This document shows positions 1 through 8,970 of a stretch of DNA of 64,000 bases, piece by piece. The DNA comes from Bacillota bacterium (GTDB lineage: Bacteria > Bacillota > Clostridia > Oscillospirales > Oscillospiraceae), in the NCBI GenBank assembly GCA_021768085.1, contig JAETOJ010000013.1, positions 2,448 to 66,447 of the forward strand, read 5' to 3'. Made by a program: the position numbers and the translations under genes. Position 1 is the first letter of the stretch. Each line of letters starts with the position of its first letter. The notes under the pieces were generated by a model. It did no database searches. It was not told where the DNA came from and was given only the letters and a program-made list of their open reading frames with translations.

Positions 1-209
1 GGCTCAAGGGCTGGGGGTTGGATGCTATCGAGTGCTATTACCCCAAATACACGCCAGAGCAGCAGGAATTCTATCTTCACCTGACGGAAAAGTACCAGCT
101 CCATCAGACCGGTGGCAGCGATTTCCACGGCGAGAGGGTAAAGCCGGACGTGGAGCTGGCGGCATTGGACTTGAAGTTTGACTGGTTATTGGATGAAACC
201 GTTTCGTGA
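1..209 (+). CDS. PHP-domain phosphoesterase (TrpH/YciV-like), C-terminal part; 5' end outside window
   Basis: Frame open from the window start; GLDAIECYY...TGGSDFHG is the PHP-family C-terminal metal motif. Confidence 0.85.
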   Translation, partial: LKGWGLDAIECYYPKYTPEQQEFYLHLTEKYQLHQTGGSDFHGERVKPDVELAALDLKFDWLLDETVS

Positions 210-598
210 AGGTTATGGTGTGAGAGCAAGGAGCAGCAATCTCTGCGATTCAAGGTGCTAAAAATGGAAAGGACGTGAGCAATTGCAGCGTTGCTCGCGC
301 CCTTTTTGCATATAGAAACCACTCGCTGGGCACGTGGTTCAAAAGGCGCCAAATGCTGATAATGTAGACAGGGGACCTCGAGCTCAGCATGGAGGCAGGC
401 ATTTCTTTGGAATATCGCTCGCTTTCATAGTTCAATTTCTAAAAAACATTTTTTGTTTGAGAACAGTTTCCTGTCCCCAAGTGCCCTGGTTAGGACATAA
501 CACATATGAAAATGCTCCGCGATGGCTGGCCCGTGGCTGTGTGGGGATACTTTTGGGGGACGCGCCATTTCAGCCGGACCCAAGCAGGAGGTGATTGG

Positions 599-1084
599 GT
601 GGCGCCCAGCGAACCGTGGAAGCTCGAGATAGAAAAGCTGTATAAGGAGATGTACCCGGCGCTCTACACTTATGCCCTGCGTGTTCTGAAAAACCCCGCC
701 TTGGCGGAGGAGGCTATTCAGGACGCCTTCTGCATCGCCTGTGCAAAGCGGGATCAGGTTCTATCCAACCCTAAACCTCAGGGCTGGATCATGATGACGC
801 TAAAGCACGTGATGCAGAATAAGCTCCGCCTCCAGCAGAAGCTCCAGCGGATGCTATCCCTCAGCGACGGAGAGGAGTTGCCCACCGAAAAGCCGGAGCT
901 GCTGAACGTGGATCTGTTGTTCGGCAACGTGTCGGACAGCGAGGACTTCCAGCTCCTTAAACGTATGGCCCTGGAACAATGCACCATACCGGAGCTGGCG
1001 CAGGAACTGGGTATCTCTGTGGAGGCCTGCAAAAAGCGGGTGCAGCGGGCCAGGAAGCGGCTGCAAAAAAAACTGAAGGTCTGA
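599..1084 (+). CDS. ECF-type RNA polymerase sigma-70 factor
   Basis: Region 2 (LYTYALRVL..AEEAIQDAF..W) and region 4 HTH (ELAQELGISVEACKKRVQRARKRL). GTG at 599 follows AGGAGG, so it is preferred to the ORF-track start at 506. Confidence 0.88.
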   Translation: MAPSEPWKLEIEKLYKEMYPALYTYALRVLKNPALAEEAIQDAFCIACAKRDQVLSNPKPQGWIMMTLKHVMQNKLRLQQKLQRMLSLSDGEELPTEKPELLNVDLLFGNVSDSEDFQLLKRMALEQCTIPELAQELGISVEACKKRVQRARKRLQKKLKV

Positions 1085-1112
1085 AGATGTCCGTAGGAAG
1101 GAGGGACTCTGT

Positions 1113-2021
1113 GTGCACAAGGCCGAAAAATGGAACCATCTTAATCCTGCCGATTTAGAGCAAATGAGTACCGCCAATCTGGAGAAGCTGCTTCTCCAGG
1201 ACTTCCAGGATCCGGAGAGCGGAGAAGAACACATGGACGAACTCTACTATGCCGCCCGGCTGCTGGCAGAACGGAACCCGGATTCCAACCCCGCACCGAA
1301 CCAGGCCTGGGAGATCTTTCAGGAGAAGTACCTCCCTTTTGCTGAGGCCCGCAGCGCCTGTTCTGAGGACGGTGTGGCACCGTCCTCAGACGCCGCCCCG
1401 GGGCGGCGTCAGCCCCGCTTCCGGCGATGGGGGGTGCGGGGAATTCTGGTTGCCGCGGCGTTGGCGGCCCTTCTGCTCTCTGCCTCCGTTGCCGCTGCCG
1501 CCGCCGGCCATGACCTGTGGCGGATGCTGGCCCGGTGGACAGACGAGGTGATCAGCATCGCGCCAGGTCAAGTCACTCGAGTAGATCCAGATGAAATACG
1601 CATACCCGAGGAGGGTACAGAATACTCCAATCTCCAGGAGGCGCTGGATGACTGCGGCTTGACCTTGCCTGTCGCCCCCAAGTGGATTCCGGAGGGCCTT
1701 GAGCTGATCCAACTGATCGTGGACACCAACGATCCCACCTCACTGGCTTTTGTGACGTATTACCATGGGGATGACACCACGCTCCTCATATCTCTCCATA
1801 TTTTCCTCACCCGTGAGGACGGAGGCCATGGAGGCTATGGCGACTTCCAAAAGGACGAAGGCGACCCCATCCCCTACGAGGCGGGGGGCATAACCCACCT
1901 GCTGTCCACCAACGCCGGACGGCCCATCGCACTGTGGGTCAATGGCCCTGTGGAGGGTTCCATCATCGGGGATATCACCATGGACGAGCTGAAACAGATC
2001 ATCGACTCCATCTACGAATGA
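1113..2021 (+). CDS. Putative anti-sigma factor: one TM helix plus DUF4367-like extracytoplasmic domain
   Basis: Directly downstream of the ECF gene; hydrophobic helix ILVAAALAALLLSASVAAAAA; C-terminal PKWIPEGLEL...GDITMDELKQIIDSIY is typical of DUF4367 proteins. Confidence 0.7.
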   Translation: MHKAEKWNHLNPADLEQMSTANLEKLLLQDFQDPESGEEHMDELYYAARLLAERNPDSNPAPNQAWEIFQEKYLPFAEARSACSEDGVAPSSDAAPGRRQPRFRRWGVRGILVAAALAALLLSASVAAAAAGHDLWRMLARWTDEVISIAPGQVTRVDPDEIRIPEEGTEYSNLQEALDDCGLTLPVAPKWIPEGLELIQLIVDTNDPTSLAFVTYYHGDDTTLLISLHIFLTREDGGHGGYGDFQKDEGDPIPYEAGGITHLLSTNAGRPIALWVNGPVEGSIIGDITMDELKQIIDSIYE

Positions 2022-2028
2022 AGAAAAA

Positions 2029-2133
2029 GGGCCCGCACGCGATGCGTGCGGGCCCCAGCCTGTCGAAGAACCCGGATACTCTTTTCGAGTATCCGGGTTC
2101 TTCGACAGGCTGCACCCCCGGCTTCGCCGGGGG
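2029..2133. repeat. Three tandem inverted repeats (12-bp, 26-bp and 8-bp arms); terminator and/or palindromic element
   Basis: gggcccgcacgc-gat-gcgtgcgggccc (2029-2055); cagcctgtcgaagaacccggatactc-ttttc-gagtatccgggttcttcgacaggctg (2056-2112); cccccggc-ttc-gccggggg (2115-2133). Confidence 0.9.
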
Positions 2134-2238
2134 TTGTTTACTCTTTGTCCTCCTCATAAAATTTTATGTGATTTCATCACAGTAAAAAGTAGGTTCGCCA
2201 GTATAATAGACTTACCAAATCCAAGAGGGGGTTCCGGC

Positions 2239-2445
2239 ATGGAAACGAGAATCAAGCGGCGGGCTGTTGTAGACGGTTCCGCCTGTGTTGCCTGCGGCTG
2301 CTGCGCGAAGGTGTGCCCGCTGTCCGCCATTCAGATCTGGCGCGGCGTCAGGGCGGTGGTTAACGCGGACAAGTGTGTGGGCTGCGGCAAATGCGCAAAG
2401 GAGTGTCCCGCGTCGGTCATTGAGATTCAGGAGGTGCGGCCATGA
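2239..2445 (+). CDS. 2[4Fe-4S] ferredoxin
   Basis: Two CxxCxxCxxxCP motifs (CVACGCCAKVCP, CVGCGKCAKECP); ATG at 2239 after a G-rich RBS. Confidence 0.9.
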   Translation: METRIKRRAVVDGSACVACGCCAKVCPLSAIQIWRGVRAVVNADKCVGCGKCAKECPASVIEIQEVRP

Positions 2446-3041
2446 AAAAGCGCTGGTATGATTACCTGTGGATCGTCGAGCTGACCTATCTGGTGCTGGG
2501 ATTCTTCAATATCCTGTTCGCCTGGATGGGTCTGCTGTTCTTTTTTATCCCGCTGATCATTGCCGCCGCCCGGGGCACAAAAGGGTACTGCAACCGCTAC
2601 TGTGGCAGGGGACAGATATTCGGCCTGCTGGGCGGGCGGTTCGGCCTGTCCCGGAAAAAGGATATACCCCGGTGGATGAAAAGCAAATGGTTCCGCTATG
2701 GTTTCCTGATTTTCTTCTTTATCATGTTCTTCCAGATGTTGTGGAATACTTACCTGGTGTTTGCCGGCGCGCAGGATCTGCGGCAGGTGGTGACGCTGCT
2801 CTGGACATTCAAGCTCCCCTGGAACTGGGCCTATCACGGGACGCTGTTCCATCCCGGCGTGGCACAGTTCGCGTTTGGGTTCTACAGTGTTATGTTGACC
2901 TCCACCGTTCTCGGCCTGATTACGATGGTACTGTTTAAACCCCGGAGCTGGTGCGTCTACTGCCCCATGGGGACGATGACGCAGCTGATTTGCAGGGCGA
3001 AAAACCGGAAGGGCGACCTTGCCACAGAACAAAAGGGATAG
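2442..3041 (+). CDS. Membrane 4Fe-4S binding protein (NapH/MauN-like CxxxCP motifs)
   Basis: YCNRYCGRG and WCVYCPMGT motifs plus several TM segments; overlaps the ferredoxin stop (ATGA coupling). Confidence 0.8.
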   Translation: MKKRWYDYLWIVELTYLVLGFFNILFAWMGLLFFFIPLIIAAARGTKGYCNRYCGRGQIFGLLGGRFGLSRKKDIPRWMKSKWFRYGFLIFFFIMFFQMLWNTYLVFAGAQDLRQVVTLLWTFKLPWNWAYHGTLFHPGVAQFAFGFYSVMLTSTVLGLITMVLFKPRSWCVYCPMGTMTQLICRAKNRKGDLATEQKG

Positions 3042-3124
3042 TCTGGCTATGATAGAGCCATCATGCAACAAAAAGGGAACAGATGCCTTCTGATGGGATG
3101 GAAGCTATACGAGCTGTGAAAGAG

Positions 3125-3158
3125 ACCGCCCCGGACGTTACATCGCGTCCGGGGCGGT
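3125..3158. terminator. Bidirectional terminator hairpin
   Basis: accgccccggacg-ttacatcg-cgtccggggcggt between convergent genes. Confidence 0.7.
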
Positions 3159-3260
3159 TATACCGCATGGGATATTCGGCCGGCACTGCCAGCCGCGCTG
3201 CGCATCTGACTGCTTGGCCTATATGGGGAAGCGGCCCTAAAGCTCCATATTGTGTGGATC

Positions 3261-3635
3261 TTACGCCTTCCAGAGGCTGTGCAGATTGCAGTAGGCGTAG
3301 ACGGCTTCCACCTCGTCCCCCTCACACAGAGCGAAGCAGGCGGCGGGCTCATCCCCCGGATGCAGAACCTTGCGCTGGTTGCCCTGCTTGGTTTGGAGGG
3401 AGATCCATTCAATGTAGTGCTCCGGCAGCATGGGGTGATCCACCGAACCAACCCGAACCTTGACCAGATTGCCCTCCACCTGGTATACGGGGATGTGCTT
3501 CTCCGTGGCGGCCTCGGTGGTGCCGGGAACCAGCTCGGTCATCTTCTGCCCGCAGCACATCACGGGGACGCCAGCGTTTTTGACCATGGCAATGATGTTG
3601 CCACAGTGCTCGCAGATATAAAATTTCTGTTCCAT
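3261..3635 (-). CDS. dfx: Desulfoferrodoxin / superoxide reductase
   Basis: CEHCGN...VMCCG, EKH, HPM...HYIEWI and YCNLHSLW motifs; ATG at 3635 with AGGAGG RBS. Confidence 0.92.
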   Translation of the reverse strand: MEQKFYICEHCGNIIAMVKNAGVPVMCCGQKMTELVPGTTEAATEKHIPVYQVEGNLVKVRVGSVDHPMLPEHYIEWISLQTKQGNQRKVLHPGDEPAACFALCEGDEVEAVYAYCNLHSLWKA

Positions 3636-3672
3636 TGTTCTGTTCCTCCTGATTTTATATTGGGAGCGGCCA

Positions 3673-4431
3673 TTATCCGCCGCAGTTTCCCCCGCAGCCG
3701 TGTTTATTCTCTCCGCAGTGCCCATGTGCTCCATGATGCTCATGGTGCTCACAGTGGATCTCCGCGCTGTAGTCCAGAGTCCCCGCCAGGAAATTCCGAA
3801 CCGCGTCGTCGGCAGCTCCGGCAACGCCACCATAGAGCTTGATTCCGGCCTGAGCCAGCGCCTGCTGGGCGCCACCGCCGATGCCGCCGCAGATCAGCAC
3901 GTCCACGCTCAGCCCGGACAGGAACCCAGCCAAAGCTCCGTGGCCGCTGCCGGTGGTATCTGCGATCTGCTCGTTAATGATGTTTCCACCTTCCGCATCG
4001 TAGATCTTCATTTGGCCGGTGTGTCCAAAATGCTGGAACACCTGGCCGTTCTCATAGGGAACCGCAATTCTCATAGTAGCTTCTCCTTTCTTTGCCTGCA
4101 AGGTCCACTGGCAGTTCCGCCCGCAGCCCCGTTCCCGGTCGCCTTGGCAAACCTGGTAATGCCCGCCGTCAATTACCAGCGCTTTTCCGTTGACAAGGCT
4201 GTCAGACAGCTTGAACCGAGCGTTTTCGTAAATCTCCGTCACCGTTGTCCGGGAAATCTGCATCTGAGCTGCGCACTGCTCATGGGTACGCTTTTCGTAA
4301 TCCACCAGTCGGATCACCTCGTACTCGTCCACGGTCAGGATGACCATGCCCGTCTCAGGCGCGGGCTGGGGGGCAAAGCCGCGGCACGTTGGCTCTGCGC
4401 AGATCCGGCGGCAGCGAGTGGGTCTGGCCAT
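3673..4431 (-). CDS. DUF134 HTH domain fused to NifB/NifX-family (FeMo-co biosynthesis-like) domain with His/Cys-rich tail
   Basis: N-terminal MARPTRCRRI...EYEVIRLVD...MQISRTT (DUF134); C-terminal RIAVPYENGQVFQHFGH...ICGGIGGGA (NifX-like). Confidence 0.85.
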   Translation of the reverse strand: MARPTRCRRICAEPTCRGFAPQPAPETGMVILTVDEYEVIRLVDYEKRTHEQCAAQMQISRTTVTEIYENARFKLSDSLVNGKALVIDGGHYQVCQGDRERGCGRNCQWTLQAKKGEATMRIAVPYENGQVFQHFGHTGQMKIYDAEGGNIINEQIADTTGSGHGALAGFLSGLSVDVLICGGIGGGAQQALAQAGIKLYGGVAGAADDAVRNFLAGTLDYSAEIHCEHHEHHGAHGHCGENKHGCGGNCGG

Positions 4432-4503
4432 GCTGTCATTCCCCTCTCACAGAAAATTACCGGCATATGTCGTTAATAGAATACTCCTTATCGCAAAAAA
4501 AGT

Positions 4504-4538
4504 CAAGCCCCGCGCTTCGCATGGAAGCGTGGGGCTTG
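4504..4538. terminator. Terminator-like hairpin
   Basis: caagccccgcgcttc-gcatg-gaagcgtggggcttg, with an A-tract shortly upstream. Confidence 0.55.
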
Positions 4539-4628
4539 TTTATAGGATACGTTGCTTTTTGCGTTGAAAACAAAGTATATCGGGCAGAAAGCAACTCTTA
4601 GTACTATTTCGGACAAACTCACTTGAAG

Positions 4629-4919
4629 TTAAATTTTCCATGCAGATGCTTCTTTCCCATGCAGCGGTTTGATCGAGTGGTGTAAAAAGACGCTGGCGCT
4701 CTGCCTTGGGGGAGGGCATACCCGCATCTGGGTGAAGTGCTCCCCGTCCTGGGAACACTCAATGCAGTAGTCGTCCTCTCTGCGGCTGAACCGATACCAC
4801 ATGGTTTTCACTTGGGAGGGGATTGCGGTGGTGGCCCAGTCGGAGTATCCATGGTTGGTGATTACACTGCACCGCTCCGGTGTCCGGAGCCACTCCAATT
4901 TGTTGACGTCAAATTTCAT
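4629..4919 (-). pseudogene. Degraded DUF1349-family gene (internal deletion, C-terminus lost)
   Basis: MKFDVNKLEWLRTP joined directly to SVITNHGYSDWATT...MWYRFSRREDDYCIECSQDGEHFTQMRVC, segments that I recall lying far apart in intact DUF1349 proteins; unrelated sequence follows. Confidence 0.6.
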
Positions 4920-4931
4920 TGGCCCGGCACC

Positions 4932-5600
4932 CTATTTCCACTGGAAGTTTTCTTTCCCGGCGCCCACTTCAAAGTGGTATTTGACGATGCCCAGATCCAG
5001 CTTCACATAAAAGGCATGGCCCGGCTGGACGGATACCCTGCCGTCCTCCTCCAGCGTAAACAGGAACTTCTGCTGGTTTAGCGCCGTGGGGGCCAGCAGG
5101 ACGGCCTCCATCCCGGCCCGGAACCAGTTGGGCGCAGGGTCTGCCGCTCTGGCAACCTCCTCCATAGGCTTGGACTTGTGGGGAATGCCCTGGGTTTTGC
5201 CGTGCCCCAGGGCGATGACGGCGGTTAGCTTCTCCCCGTCGCCCAGGGTGTAGGCCGACTTCACCTTGGTGAAGGTCAGCGCCACCCAGCAGGTGTTTAG
5301 CCCCATCTGCTGGGCCCTCAGCACCAGCCGCTCTCCCCAGTAGCCGCATTGTTCCTGCAAATCAGGTCCGGCCTTGCCCACCAGGGCGAAGTAGTTCTGC
5401 ACCCCGCTGAATTTGCCGTACCGGGCCATGGCGCCCTCAAACGCCTTTGCTTCATTGATCACCAGCTGAATGTGCAGACCACTCTCCCGGTTGCAGGCGT
5501 CCACCTCTGCCCGGAGCTGGGTTAGCTCATCGGGCTTCAGGGGCTTGTTCAAATATTGCCGGACGCTGTGCCGCGTCCGAATGGCTTCCAATTCTGTCAT
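4932..5600 (-). CDS. Nitroreductase family protein (TM1586-like)
   Basis: AIRTRHSVRQY FMN-binding start; LLAPTALNQQKF second motif. Confidence 0.88.
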   Translation of the reverse strand: MTELEAIRTRHSVRQYLNKPLKPDELTQLRAEVDACNRESGLHIQLVINEAKAFEGAMARYGKFSGVQNYFALVGKAGPDLQEQCGYWGERLVLRAQQMGLNTCWVALTFTKVKSAYTLGDGEKLTAVIALGHGKTQGIPHKSKPMEEVARAADPAPNWFRAGMEAVLLAPTALNQQKFLFTLEEDGRVSVQPGHAFYVKLDLGIVKYHFEVGAGKENFQWK

Positions 5601-5760
5601 GTGCACGTATCCTCCTGATCAAGCGTTCCCTCATTATAACATACGTGAGTCAAAAAGGAAATCCAAAGATCGCCGCAGCAAAGGATTGGCGAAATTCAAA
5701 TGGAGCCGCGTCAAATGGCCTCTGAGCTATTGCAACGCATACCTAAGTTTTTTCTACAGC

Positions 5761-5789
5761 TTGACTTTTCCCTCCAGTTGAATTAAAAT
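5761..5789 (+). promoter_or_regulatory. SigA-type promoter
   Basis: TTGACT-17 bp-TAAAAT. Confidence 0.6.
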
Positions 5790-5988
5790 CAAATGCCGCG
5801 GTCTGCTAATCGGGTTCTCAGGCGGACGGCGGTTTCGGGTGTGCCTGGCGGTTTTTCCGCCTGCGGAGGAGAGATCAAAGAAAAGCGCCGCGTAGTTCGG
5901 CGCTTTTTCCCTGTGCGGCGGTGGGGCTGAGGAAAGACTTGGATCGAGCCGTTCGGAACAGAGCGGACGGGAGGGGAGGGTCAAAGGC

Positions 5989-6507
5989 GTGACGGCACTT
6001 TACGGCACAAGGGGAGAGGACGGCAGACGGTTGGCCTGGCCTCTGTTGGCGTGGGCGGCCCGGGATTGCTGGGGATGGCCGTCCCTGCCCCCGGTGGAGC
6101 GTTCCCCCCGGGGCAAGCCCTTCTTTCCGGTGACGGAGAACCGGTGGTTTTCGCTGTCCCACAGCGGGGGATTGGCTCTGTGTGCACTGTCCGATGACGG
6201 CCCGGTGGGGGCGGACATAGAGCTGGAGCGCCCCCGAAGGGCGAACCTGCCCGCCTATGCCCTTAGCCCCAGTGAGCTGGCCAGGTTTGACGGAAGCTGG
6301 GCGGCGTTCTTCCGGCTGTGGACGCTGAAGGAGAGCTGGTGCAAACGGGAAGATACCCCCCTGTTCCCCCCCAGCCAGGTGGAGACGCCGCCTCCATGCC
6401 CCTACAAAAGCTACGCCGGAGCGGGCTGGCAGGGGGCGATCTGCTGTTCCGGGCTGCCGCCGGAGGAGATCCGCTGGGTGGCAGCGGAGATCTTAAAGGA
6501 TTCTTAA
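5989..6507 (+). CDS. 4'-phosphopantetheinyl transferase (short Sfp/Gsp-like)
   Basis: GKPF, FSLSHSGG, VGADIE and WTLKESWCK motifs. Confidence 0.85.
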   Translation: MTALYGTRGEDGRRLAWPLLAWAARDCWGWPSLPPVERSPRGKPFFPVTENRWFSLSHSGGLALCALSDDGPVGADIELERPRRANLPAYALSPSELARFDGSWAAFFRLWTLKESWCKREDTPLFPPSQVETPPPCPYKSYAGAGWQGAICCSGLPPEEIRWVAAEILKDS

Positions 6508-6541
6508 AAAAGTTCTCACCAAAAGCTAAAGGTGATCTCCC

Positions 6542-6569
6542 TTGAAACTGAAGATTTGTCCTTTATAAT
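6542..6569 (+). promoter_or_regulatory. SigA-type promoter
   Basis: TTGAAA-16 bp-TATAAT. Confidence 0.55.
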
Positions 6570-6766
6570 TGGAAACAGTAGGATAAGAAGTGGCAAATTC
6601 CACCCCGCGGCGTTTGCTGCGCCGGGAAAACGGCAATGCTTTCCTGTATGGCGGGAGCCCCGGGAAGGGCTGACAGCGGCTGCGGGGGAGGAGACACAGC
6701 GGGGAGGTCCCCGGGCCTGCGCCGCCCGTGGGCGTGGCTTGTGTGGACGACAGGAGGGAGATCTTC

Positions 6767-7837
6767 GTGAAGATTTTGATTTTAACCGGGAAATTCGGCA
6801 TGGGACATTTGTCCGCCGCCCAGGCGCTGCAGGAGCAGCTCCGGCAGGCGGGCCACCGGGCCGACACCGTGGATCTGTTTGAATACGCCCTGCCCGGCCG
6901 GGCGGCCGCCATGTACTGGTGGTTCAACGTGCTGGTGACCTACGGCGGCGTGTTCTACAATATCTACCATGACCTGACGGTCAACGACCCCGGGGACAGC
7001 CGGGGGGACGAGCTGCTGGGCGGCCTGGATCGCCTGCTGGACGAGTATGCCCCCGACGTGGTGGTGTCCACCCACCCCATCTGCTCCGCAGCCATGGCCC
7101 GGTACAAGGAGGACGGCCCCTCCGGCATCCCCCTGGTCACCTGCGTCACCGACGTGACCTGCCACAGCGAGTGGATCCACCCCGGCACCGACTGCTACCT
7201 GGTGGCAGGGGAGAGCGTCCGGCGGGGACTGGCCGCCAAGGGTGTGGATCCGGACACCGTGGTGGTGTCCGGCATCCCGGTGAGCGGAAGGTTCCGGCCC
7301 GCCCCGCGGGATCGCTCCGGGCGGCGGGAGCTGTTGATCATGGGCGGCGGCCTGGGCCTGATGCCCCGGCGGGACTCCTTCTATCAGGGGCTGGACACCC
7401 TGCCTGGGGTGCATACCACCATCCTCACGGGGAAGAACGAGAAGCTGTACCAGCGCCTCCACGGCCGGTATGAGAACATCGAGGCCGTCCCCTTCACCCG
7501 GGAGGTGGAAAAGTACATGGCCCGGGCCCACCTGATGCTGTCCAAGCCCGGGGGGATCACCTGCTTCGAGGCCATCGCCGCCCGCCTGCCCATTCTGGCG
7601 TGGCAGCCTTTCCTGAAGCAAGAGCAGGAAAACGCTGACTTCCTGGTGAGCCACGGCATGGCCCGCATCGCCGCCAAGGAGGAGGCCGCCTGCCTGGCCG
7701 CCATCCGGGAGACGATCTACGACGATAAGGCCCTGTCCGCCATGGAGCGGGCCATGGAACAGACCTCCAACCAGCTGACCCGGGCCGCGGTCTGCCGGGT
7801 GGTGGACGAGCTGGCGGGAGAGAGGGTGTCCGCGTGA
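6767..7837 (+). CDS. MGDG synthase / UgtP-like diacylglycerol glycosyltransferase (GT28)
   Basis: GKFGMGHLSAAQAL, VVSTHP, VTCVTD, SGIPVS and KPGGITCFEA motifs; GTG at 6767 after AGGAGG. Confidence 0.88.
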   Translation: MKILILTGKFGMGHLSAAQALQEQLRQAGHRADTVDLFEYALPGRAAAMYWWFNVLVTYGGVFYNIYHDLTVNDPGDSRGDELLGGLDRLLDEYAPDVVVSTHPICSAAMARYKEDGPSGIPLVTCVTDVTCHSEWIHPGTDCYLVAGESVRRGLAAKGVDPDTVVVSGIPVSGRFRPAPRDRSGRRELLIMGGGLGLMPRRDSFYQGLDTLPGVHTTILTGKNEKLYQRLHGRYENIEAVPFTREVEKYMARAHLMLSKPGGITCFEAIAARLPILAWQPFLKQEQENADFLVSHGMARIAAKEEAACLAAIRETIYDDKALSAMERAMEQTSNQLTRAAVCRVVDELAGERVSA

Positions 7838-8952
7838 AAAAGCAACTGAAAAACTTTCTGTGCATGGGGGCGGTGCTGGCCCTGCTGGGCTGGACGGTGC
7901 ACACCATCCTGAAGCAGCAGACCCCGGGCCAGCTCGCCGACGCCCTGCTCAGCGCGGATGGCTGGATGCTGCTGCTGGGCTTGCCGCTGATGGCCTTGTT
8001 CCTGTGCTGCGAGGCCGCCGCCACCTATGCCATCCTGCGCTCCCTGGGCTGCGGCCAGCCCTTCCGCCGCTGCGCCTACTACTCCTGCACCGGTTTCTTT
8101 TTCAGCACCATCACCCCCTCCGCCACCGGCGGGCAGCCCGCCCAGATCCTGGCCATGGGTAAGGACGGGGTGCCCACCGCCTCCGGCGCGCTGGATATGC
8201 TGCTGGTCACCATCGGCTACAACACCGCCGCCATGGGCTGGGGAATCTTCGCCCTGGCCACTGCCGGCAGCTTCACCGAGCAGCTGGGCGGCCAGGTGGG
8301 GCTGCTGCTGGGGGTGGGCCTGGCGGTGTTCGCCCTCATTGACGCGGCCATGTTGATGTTCTTGTTCCTCCCCGGCCCCGCCCGTCGGCTGCTGTACGGC
8401 TGCATCGCCCTGGCGGTACGGCTATGCCCCCGCCTGGACAAGGCGGCGCTGGAGGCCAAGGCTGACGCCCACATCGCCGAGTACCGCCGGGGAGCCCAGC
8501 TCATCCGGAAGGCCCCCGGCCTGCTGGCCTGGGTGCTGGGGCTCAGCGCCCTTCAGCTGGCTTGTTCCTATGCCATGCCCTATGTGGTGTACCGGGCCTT
8601 CGGGTTGTCCGGCTTCTCCCTGGGGCAGGCCGTCGCCCTCCAGGCCCTGTGCTCCCTGGCGGTGGGCTACCTGCCCCTGCCCGGATCCGCCGGGGCGGCG
8701 GAGAACGTCTTTCTGCGGAGCTTCCTGCTGATCTTTGGGGAGGGGCTGGTGGCCCCCGCCATGATTTTAAGCCGCACCCTGAACTGCTATCTGGTGCTCA
8801 TTGCCACCGCCGTGGTGCTGCTGGTGGGCCGCACGCTGCGCAGCCGCCGGATCGTCCGGGCGACCGCTCCCGAGGCCGAACCCGCCGCCCCCAAGAGTTC
8901 CGCGGTGAAGCGGGCGGCGCCCCCGGTCAAGGGCTGCCCCGACCGTGTCTAA
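7834..8952 (+). CDS. Lysylphosphatidylglycerol-synthase TM domain / UPF0104 flippase-like membrane protein
   Basis: GFFFSTITPSATGGQP and LPLPGSAGAAE motifs, multiple TM helices; overlaps the upstream stop codon. Confidence 0.82.
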   Translation: MKKQLKNFLCMGAVLALLGWTVHTILKQQTPGQLADALLSADGWMLLLGLPLMALFLCCEAAATYAILRSLGCGQPFRRCAYYSCTGFFFSTITPSATGGQPAQILAMGKDGVPTASGALDMLLVTIGYNTAAMGWGIFALATAGSFTEQLGGQVGLLLGVGLAVFALIDAAMLMFLFLPGPARRLLYGCIALAVRLCPRLDKAALEAKADAHIAEYRRGAQLIRKAPGLLAWVLGLSALQLACSYAMPYVVYRAFGLSGFSLGQAVALQALCSLAVGYLPLPGSAGAAENVFLRSFLLIFGEGLVAPAMILSRTLNCYLVLIATAVVLLVGRTLRSRRIVRATAPEAEPAAPKSSAVKRAAPPVKGCPDRV

Positions 8953-8970
8953 GCGGAAAGGAGTGAAACC

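Noticed and set aside
506-598. ORF-track upstream extensions (for example 506, 2134, 9681, 22418, 25993, 33446, 40149, 48248)
   Set aside because: Downstream starts have proper Shine-Dalgarno spacing and match family N-termini.
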